From an uncultured Thiomicrospira sp. (GTDB lineage Bacteria > Pseudomonadota > Gammaproteobacteria > CAKMZV01), in the NCBI GenBank assembly GCA_965195345.1, contig OZ239628.1, positions 803,339-835,338 on the forward strand: a stretch of 32,000 nucleotides of DNA, read 5' to 3'. The notes beneath the pieces were generated by a model that was not told where the DNA came from, did no database searches, and saw only the letters and a list, made by a program, of their open reading frames with translations. A program made the translations under genes and the position numbers. Below are positions 8,401-13,514 of this stretch, piece by piece (positions within the stretch are counted from its first letter, which is position 1; each line of letters starts with the position of its first letter).

Positions 8401-11400
8401 ATAGTCCTACATTGACACTATCAACAACGAATCTCAGTCTCAGTGAAGATTTTGGCACTTTCGTCATCAACACCACTGCCACCGATGTAGAAGATGGCGT
8501 GCTTCCTGTTGCAGTGACTGGACAAGATGCCAGTCTATTCGCCGTAACCACTTCTACCGATCAGATAATACTTACCTCCGTTGCCAATGCCAACGGAACA
8601 GCCACACTCACTGTAAGCATTGTTGATAGTGGAAATCTCTCCGCTTCCACCGAAGTGGTTGTTGTTGTCAATGCCATCAATGATAGTCCTACATTGACAC
8701 TATCAACAACGAACCTCAGCCTCAGTGAAGATTTTGGCACTTTCGTTATCAACACCACAGCAAGTGATGCAGAAGATGGCGTGCTTCCCGTTGCAGTGAC
8801 TGGACAAGATGCCAGTTTATTCGCCGTAAGCACTTCTACCGATCAGATAATACTTACCTCCGTTGCCAATGCCAACGGAACAGCCACACTTACTGTAAGC
8901 ATTGTTGATAGCGGAAATCTCTCCGCTTCCACCGAAGTGATTGTTATTGTCAATGGCATCAATAGTTCACCTGCATTGACGCTATCAACAACGAACCTCA
9001 GTCTCAGTGAAGATTTTGGCACTTTCGTCATCAACACCACAGCAAGTGATGCAGAAGATGGCGTGCTTCCCGTTGCAGTGACTGGACAAGATGCCAGTCT
9101 ATTCGCCGTAACCACTTCTGCCAACCAGATAATACTCACCTCCGTAGCTAATGCCAATGGCAGAGCTACGCTTACAGTAAGCATTGTTGATAGTGGAAAT
9201 CTCTCCGCTTCCACCGAAGTGGTGGTGCTTGTCAACGCCGTCAATGACACGCCCACACTTACCTTTTCAACCACTCAATTTAGTCTAAATGCAAACTTTA
9301 CCCCGCAAACAATAGCAACAGCAACAGACGTTGATGATGCTTCCTTGCTCCTAACCTTTGCACTATCTGCAACCGATGTAGTACAAATAACGACTGTTGC
9401 TAATCGGTTTATATTAAATCCTATCACTAATGCTTTTGGCGAGACAACCATCACTCTAACAGCAACTGATAACAGCGGTAATCAGTCATCTCAAATTTTC
9501 ACAGTGCGCGTTAACGGATTCCCTACATTAGCCTTATCAACGCAGCGTGTCACTTTAGATGAAGACTTTGGTACTTTCGTCATCAATACCACTGCAAGTG
9601 ATGCAGAAGATGGCGTGCTTCCCGTTGCAGTGACTGGACAAGATGCCAGTCTATTCGCCGTAACCACTTCTACCAATCAGATAATGCTTACTTCCATTGC
9701 TAATGCCAACGGCATAGCCACACTCACTGTAAGCATTGTTGATAGTGGAAATCTCTCCGCTACCACCGAAGTTGTTGTTGTTGTCAATGCCATCAATGAT
9801 AATCCTACATTGACGCTATCAACAACGAACCTCAGCCTCAGTGAAGATTTTGGCACTTTCGTCATCAACACCACTGCAAGTGATGCAGAAGATGGCGTGC
9901 TTCCCGTTGGAGTGACTGGGCAAGATGCCAGTCTATTCGCCGTAACCACTTCTACCGATCAGATAATACTTACCTCCGTTGCTAATGCCAACGGCATAGC
10001 TACGCTTACAGTAAGCATTGTTGATAGTGGAAATCTCTCCGCTACCACCGAAGTGGTTGTTGTTGTCAATGCCATCAATGATAGTCCTACATTGACACTA
10101 TCAACAACGAACCTCAGTCTCAGTGAAGATTTTGGCACTTTCGTCATCAACACCACAGCAAGTGATGCAGAAGATGGCGTGCTTCCCATTGCAGTGACTG
10201 GACAAGATGCCAGTCTATTCGCCGTAACCACTACTACCAATCAGATAATACTTACCTCCGTTGCTAATGCCAACGGCAGAGCTACGCTTACAGTAAGCAT
10301 TGTTGATAGTGGAAATCTCTCCGCTACCACCGAAGTGGTTGTTGTTGTCAATGCCATCAATGATAGTCCTACATTGACACTATCAACAACGAACCTCAGT
10401 CTTAGTGAAGATTTTGGCACTTTCGTCATCAACACCACTGCAAGTGATGCAGAAGATGGCGTGCTTCCCGTTGCAGTGACTGGACAAGATGCCAGTCTAT
10501 TCGCCGTAACCACTTCTACCGATCAGATAATACTTACCTCCGTTGCCAATGCCAACGGAACAGCCACGCTTACAGTAAGCATTGTTGATAGCGGAAATCT
10601 CTCCGCTACCACCGAAGTGGTTGTTGTTATCAATGCCATCAATGATAGTCCCACATTGACACTATCAACAACGAACCTCAGCCTTAGTGAAGATTTTGGC
10701 ACTTTCGTCATCAACACCACTGCAAGTGATGCAGAAGATGGCCTGCTTCCCGTTGCAGTGACTGGACAAGATGCCAGTCTATTCGCCGTAACCACTTCTG
10801 CCGATCAGATAATACTTACCTCCGTTGCCAATGCCAACGGAACAGCCACGCTTACAGTAAGCATTGTTGGTAGCGGAAATCTCTCCGCTACCACCGAAGT
10901 GGTTGTTGTTGTCAATGCCATCAATGATAGTCCTACATTGACACTATCAACAACGAACCTCAGCCTCAGTGAAGATTTTGGCACTTTCATCATCAACACC
11001 ACTGCCACCGATGCAGAAGATGGCGTGCTTCCCGTTGCAGTGACTGGACAAGATGCCAGTCTATTCGCCGTAACCACTTCTACCAATCAGATAATACTTA
11101 CCTCCGTTGCTAATGCCACCGGCATAGCCACGCTTACAGTAAGCATTGTTGATAGCGGAAATCTCTCCGCTACCACCGAAGTGGTTGTTGTTGTCAATGC
11201 CGTTAATGACACTCCAACGCTCAGTTTATCAAGTACAAACCTAACTTTGACAGCTAATACCACCGCTTTAATCACTGCCTTTGGCGTAGATGTGGAAACA
11301 AGCAGTGCTTCATTGATCTTTTCTGTACAACAAAACCCATCTTTGTTGCAGGTGAGTACACAAGGCAATGTTATCGTACTAAGAGCGGGTGCTACTACAG

Positions 11401-13250
11401 GCTCTACCACTTTAGTGATCACCGTTACTGATGGTGATGGCTTAAGCACTTCAGCAACCGCTCAAGTTACTGTTGTATCAGGTGTTTTGAATGTTTTGAA
11501 TGTAAATTTAAATGTTAAGCGCATTAACTTTTCTTGGAACACACTTCCTGCAGCAAATCATTACCGCATGCTTAGCAATGTTGATGTGAATGCTGGTGGT
11601 GGTTTTGTTGATGCCAGTAGCGCAGGTTTGGTGTTTGTACCGAATAGTACGAATATTATCAATACTACAGTCTCTGCAACAGTGGATATAGCACGCTATC
11701 TTTCTACGGCTGATGGACCACAGTATCTGCTACAAGCTTGTAGTAGTGTTGACAATTCCGTTTGTTCTGATCTTGCGCAAGAATCTCTGAGTAATATTCA
11801 GTTAGAGGGATTGATTGGTTATTTCAAGGCTTCTAATACAGATGCAGATGATGAATTTGGTGAGGGTGTCGCAATAAGCGGTGATGGCAACACATTAGTT
11901 GTCGGTGCACCATTTGAGGACAGCACCGCCACTAGTATCAACGGCGATCAAACAAACAATAGTGCGGGTGATTCTGGTGCAGCCTATGTTTTCGTGCGCA
12001 GTAGTACGGGCAGCTGGCGTCAACAAGCATACCTTAAAGCCTCTGATGCACAAGCTAATGATCAGTTTGGTGCAGTTGTAACAATAAGCAATGACGGTAA
12101 TACTATAGTTGTTGGTGCAGAATTTAAGGATGTTGGCGCTCCTGGCGGTGTCCCCCAAGGCGACGCTGGTGCAGCCTATGTTTTCGTGCGCAGTAGTACC
12201 GGCAGCTGGCGTCAACAAGCTTTCATCAGCGCTTCTAATCTAAATGCCAATGATCGGTTTGGAAGAACTGTATCGGTTGCTGCTGATGGTAATACACTCG
12301 CTATCGGTGCACCTTTAAAAAGTGTACCTGGCACAAATCCTTTCACGGGTCAACCTGCGAGTATAGCTAATGTTGGTACAGCCTATGTTTTTGTACGCAG
12401 TAGTACGGGTACATGGAGTGAGCAAGCTTTATTGACACCACCTGCTGTAACACTTAATGCTAATTTTGGTAATGCTGTATCGATGAGTGGTGATGGTAAT
12501 ACCATGGTCGTTGGTGCAGTTGGTGACCAAAGTACTGGCATGGGTATCGACAGTGATGAATTCACCACTTTTGTTTTTGGTTCTGGTGCAGCCCATGTTT
12601 TTGTACGCAGTAGTACGGGTACATGGAGTCGGCAAGCTTATATTAAAGCCTCAAATTCAGAAAGTGTTGATCTCTTTGGTACAGCTGTATCGATGAGCGG
12701 TGATGGTAATACCATGGTCGTTGGTGCACCACAAGAAGACAGCAATGCCACGGGTATCGACGGCGATCAAGCAAATAATGGTAGTGGTGCTGATGGTATT
12801 AATTCAAATTCTGGTGCAGCCTATGTTTTTGTGCGCAGTAGTACGGGCACATGGACGCAAGATGCCTATATCAAAGCCTCAAATACAGGACTTGGTGATG
12901 AGTTTGGTTTTGCTGTTTCAATGAGAAGTGATGGTAATGCGTTCGTTGTTGGTGCACCATTTGAGGACAGCAATGCCACGGGAATCAACGGGGGGCAAGC
13001 AGATGGTGCTAATAACGCTGGTGCAGCCTATCTGTTTGTGCGCAGCAGCGCAGGCACATGGAGTCAACAAGCCTACACCAAAGCCTCAAACACAGGAGCT
13101 GATGATGCGTTTGGTTCAGTTCTCTCAATAAGCAGTGATGGTACAACGTTTGCTGTTGGCGCACCCAATGAAAACAGCAGTGCCACTGGTATCAATGGTA
13201 ATCAAACAGACGATAGTCAAGATAACGCTGGTGCAGCGTATTTGTATTAG
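5484..13250 (+). CDS. Paralog 2: 2588-aa predicted lipoprotein adhesin with 21 Ig/cadherin-like units (17 near-identical), an FN3-like neck and a 7-blade FG-GAP propeller
   Basis: ATG at 5484 is preceded by AAGGTG (5471-5476, 7-nt spacer). The N-terminus MGYIQRWAFLLLLVFLSAC is a signal peptide with lipobox LSAC (Cys codon 5538-5540). Unit order: one A-type, C-type, 11 B-type, C-type, 6 B-type, one terminal. Neck 11508-11819, blades 11820-13247. Ends GAAYLY, TAG. Confidence 0.95.
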   Translation: MGYIQRWAFLLLLVFLSACGGGDGDTIPPSTNTTPTLSLSVNAVTLDEDFGTFIINTTATDVEDGTLSVTVSGQAGLLTTNATTDQITLTSIANANGTTTLTVSATDSGALTVSTEVVVIVNAANDTPTLTFSTTQFSLNANFMPQTIATATDVDDASLLLTFALSATDVVQITTVANRFILNPITNAFGETTITLTATDSSGNQSSQRFTVHVNASIASTTPTLALSTQRITLDEDFGTFVINTTASDAEDGVLPVAVTGQDASLFAVTTSTDQIILTSVANATGIATLTVSIVDSGNLSATTEVVVVVNGINDSPTLTLSTTNLSLSEDFGTFVINTTASDAEDGVLPVAVTGQDASLFAVTTSTDQIILTSVANATGIATLTVSIVDSGNLSATTEVVVVVNGINDSPTLTLSTTNLSLSEDFGTFVINTTASDAENGRLPVAVTGQDASLFAVTTSTDQIILTSVANANGTATLTVSIVDSGNLSATTEVVVVVNGINSAPALTLSTTNLSLSEDFGTFVINTTATDVEDGVLPVAVTGQDASLFAVTTSTDQIILTSVANANGTATLTVSIVDSGNISATTEVVVVVNAINDSPTLTLSTTNLSLSEDFGTFVINTTASDAEDGVLPVAVTGQDASLFAVTTSTDQIILTSVANANGTATLTVSIVGSGNLSATTEVVVVVNAINDSPTLTLSTTNLSLSEDFGTFIINTTATDAEDGVLPVAVTGQDASLFAVTTSTDQIILTSVANANGIATLTVSIVDSGNLSATTEVVVVVNAINDSPTLTLSTTNLSLSEDFGTFVINTTASDAEDGVLPVAVTGQDASLFAVTTSTDQIILTSVANANGTATLTVSIVGSGNLSATTEVVVVVNAINDSPTLTLSTTNLSLSEDFGTFIINTTATDAEDGVLPVAVTGQDASLFAVTTSTDQIILTSVANANGIATLTVSIVDSGNLSATTEVVVVVNAINDSPTLTLSTTNLSLSEDFGTFVINTTATDVEDGVLPVAVTGQDASLFAVTTSTDQIILTSVANANGTATLTVSIVDSGNLSASTEVVVVVNAINDSPTLTLSTTNLSLSEDFGTFVINTTASDAEDGVLPVAVTGQDASLFAVSTSTDQIILTSVANANGTATLTVSIVDSGNLSASTEVIVIVNGINSSPALTLSTTNLSLSEDFGTFVINTTASDAEDGVLPVAVTGQDASLFAVTTSANQIILTSVANANGRATLTVSIVDSGNLSASTEVVVLVNAVNDTPTLTFSTTQFSLNANFTPQTIATATDVDDASLLLTFALSATDVVQITTVANRFILNPITNAFGETTITLTATDNSGNQSSQIFTVRVNGFPTLALSTQRVTLDEDFGTFVINTTASDAEDGVLPVAVTGQDASLFAVTTSTNQIMLTSIANANGIATLTVSIVDSGNLSATTEVVVVVNAINDNPTLTLSTTNLSLSEDFGTFVINTTASDAEDGVLPVGVTGQDASLFAVTTSTDQIILTSVANANGIATLTVSIVDSGNLSATTEVVVVVNAINDSPTLTLSTTNLSLSEDFGTFVINTTASDAEDGVLPIAVTGQDASLFAVTTTTNQIILTSVANANGRATLTVSIVDSGNLSATTEVVVVVNAINDSPTLTLSTTNLSLSEDFGTFVINTTASDAEDGVLPVAVTGQDASLFAVTTSTDQIILTSVANANGTATLTVSIVDSGNLSATTEVVVVINAINDSPTLTLSTTNLSLSEDFGTFVINTTASDAEDGLLPVAVTGQDASLFAVTTSADQIILTSVANANGTATLTVSIVGSGNLSATTEVVVVVNAINDSPTLTLSTTNLSLSEDFGTFIINTTATDAEDGVLPVAVTGQDASLFAVTTSTNQIILTSVANATGIATLTVSIVDSGNLSATTEVVVVVNAVNDTPTLSLSSTNLTLTANTTALITAFGVDVETSSASLIFSVQQNPSLLQVSTQGNVIVLRAGATTGSTTLVITVTDGDGLSTSATAQVTVVSGVLNVLNVNLNVKRINFSWNTLPAANHYRMLSNVDVNAGGGFVDASSAGLVFVPNSTNIINTTVSATVDIARYLSTADGPQYLLQACSSVDNSVCSDLAQESLSNIQLEGLIGYFKASNTDADDEFGEGVAISGDGNTLVVGAPFEDSTATSINGDQTNNSAGDSGAAYVFVRSSTGSWRQQAYLKASDAQANDQFGAVVTISNDGNTIVVGAEFKDVGAPGGVPQGDAGAAYVFVRSSTGSWRQQAFISASNLNANDRFGRTVSVAADGNTLAIGAPLKSVPGTNPFTGQPASIANVGTAYVFVRSSTGTWSEQALLTPPAVTLNANFGNAVSMSGDGNTMVVGAVGDQSTGMGIDSDEFTTFVFGSGAAHVFVRSSTGTWSRQAYIKASNSESVDLFGTAVSMSGDGNTMVVGAPQEDSNATGIDGDQANNGSGADGINSNSGAAYVFVRSSTGTWTQDAYIKASNTGLGDEFGFAVSMRSDGNAFVVGAPFEDSNATGINGGQADGANNAGAAYLFVRSSAGTWSQQAYTKASNTGADDAFGSVLSISSDGTTFAVGAPNENSSATGINGNQTDDSQDNAGAAYLY
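5865..6149 (+). repeat. C-type Ig unit, first copy in paralog 2 (precedes the 11-unit B array)
   Basis: Near-identical to 9252-9521. Differences seen: M/T, S/N, R/I, H/R, plus an ASIASTT extension at the junction. Confidence 0.9.
6150..9251 (+). repeat. In-frame tandem array: 11 x 282 bp (94 aa) near-identical B-type cadherin-like units in paralog 2
   Basis: The unit-initial CCT/CCC (Pro of PTLTLS) recurs at 6150, 6432 and onward, with the next unit type starting at 9252, an exact 282-nt period. The antisense shadow ORFs in the track also recur every 282 nt (6305, 6587, 6869 ... 8843). Unit consensus: PTLTLSTTNLSLSEDFGTFVINTTASDAEDGVLPVAVTGQDASLFAVTTSTDQIILTSVANANGTATLTVSIVDSGNLSATTEVVVVVNAINDS. 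Confidence 0.95.
9252..9521 (+). repeat. C-type Ig unit, second copy in paralog 2 (precedes the 6-unit B array)
   Basis: Dispersed duplicate of 5865-6149, so paralog 2 is organised as [C unit + B array] twice. Confidence 0.9.
9522..11213 (+). repeat. In-frame tandem array: 6 x 282 bp further B-type units in paralog 2
   Basis: Begins at CCT 9522 (FPTLALSTQRVTLDEDFG) and ends before CCA 11214, where the terminal Ig unit begins. 6 x 282 = 1692 nt exactly. Confidence 0.95.
11508..13247 (+). other. Paralog 2 C-terminal head: FN3-like neck (11508-11819) plus seven FG-GAP blades (11820-13247)
   Basis: Same motifs as paralog 1. Seven FG..DGN cores: FGEGVAISGDGNT, FGAVVTISNDGNT, FGRTVSVAADGNT, FGNAVSMSGDGNT, FGTAVSMSGDGNT, FGFAVSMRSDGNA, FGSVLSISSDGTT. 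Blades 2-4 carry non-canonical loops. Confidence 0.75.
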
Positions 13251-13514
13251 AAATAAGTTAAAGTAGTAACTTCAAAAGTCTAAAAGTTTTCCAAAAATAT
13301 AAGCAAATTATTTTTGCAAGAGCACATGTTATTCCATTAGCTTTTATTCTATCGTTATGATTCTTATTGCTCTGAATTATTTCAGTTATTAGAGTAATTT
13401 GTAGTCTATAATGTCACGATTATTGACTCACTACATAGTGAGTATTTACTATTGCTATCTATGTGTAAATCACATGATGTTATCTTGTACTAACTTTCAC
13501 ACTGTGAGGATAAA
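13251..13514 (+). promoter_or_regulatory. Unique AT-rich spacer upstream of paralog 3 (not homologous to the common cassette)
   Basis: Only the first few nt after the stop resemble the other spacers. TATAAT at 13407-13412 has no good -35. A perfect palindrome lies at 13426-13443. RBS GTGAGGA 13504-13510. Confidence 0.35.
13426..13443. promoter_or_regulatory. Perfect 18-bp palindrome ACTCACTA-CA-TAGTGAGT upstream of paralog 3 (possible operator)
   Basis: actcacta and tagtgagt are exact reverse complements with a 2-nt centre. It lies 13 nt downstream of TATAAT 13407-13412 and about 70 nt upstream of the ATG. Confidence 0.3.

Noticed and set aside
6150-11213. A strictly periodic repeat array that might be mistaken for a CRISPR array
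   Set aside because: The period is 282 nt with no unique spacers. The repeats are contiguous, in frame, and encode a recognisable protein domain.
6104-11449. A regular series of about 90-aa minus-strand ORFs (6305..6577, 6587..6859 and so on) spaced every 282 nt
   Set aside because: These are antisense shadows of the B-unit repeats. Each is broken once per unit at the same position, many rely on non-ATG starts, they have no RBS context, and their low-complexity products (MVTANRLASCPVTATGS...) just mirror the sense-strand repeat. The sense frame is continuous for 2588 codons with clear domain logic.
5484-13250. High density of N-x-S/T sequons (NLS, NTT, NAT, NST) suggesting adhesin N-glycosylation
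   Set aside because: The proteins are very rich in Asn, Ser and Thr. My rough composition-based estimate is about 2 sequons per 94-aa unit by chance, close to the 3-4 observed. The D/E-x-N-x-S/T context needed by PglB-type systems is not systematically present, and no glycosyltransferase is in the window.
13255-13272. Small hairpins after stop codons as intrinsic terminators: AAGTTA-aagtag-TAACTT at 13255-13272; the GCAA-ttagag-TTGC element in the cassette about 25 nt after each stop; GCATG-ttttct-CATGC at 19324-19339
   Set aside because: The stems are only 4-6 bp, mostly A/T, lack a following U-tract, or are not conserved between cassette copies. They are not credible rho-independent terminators.
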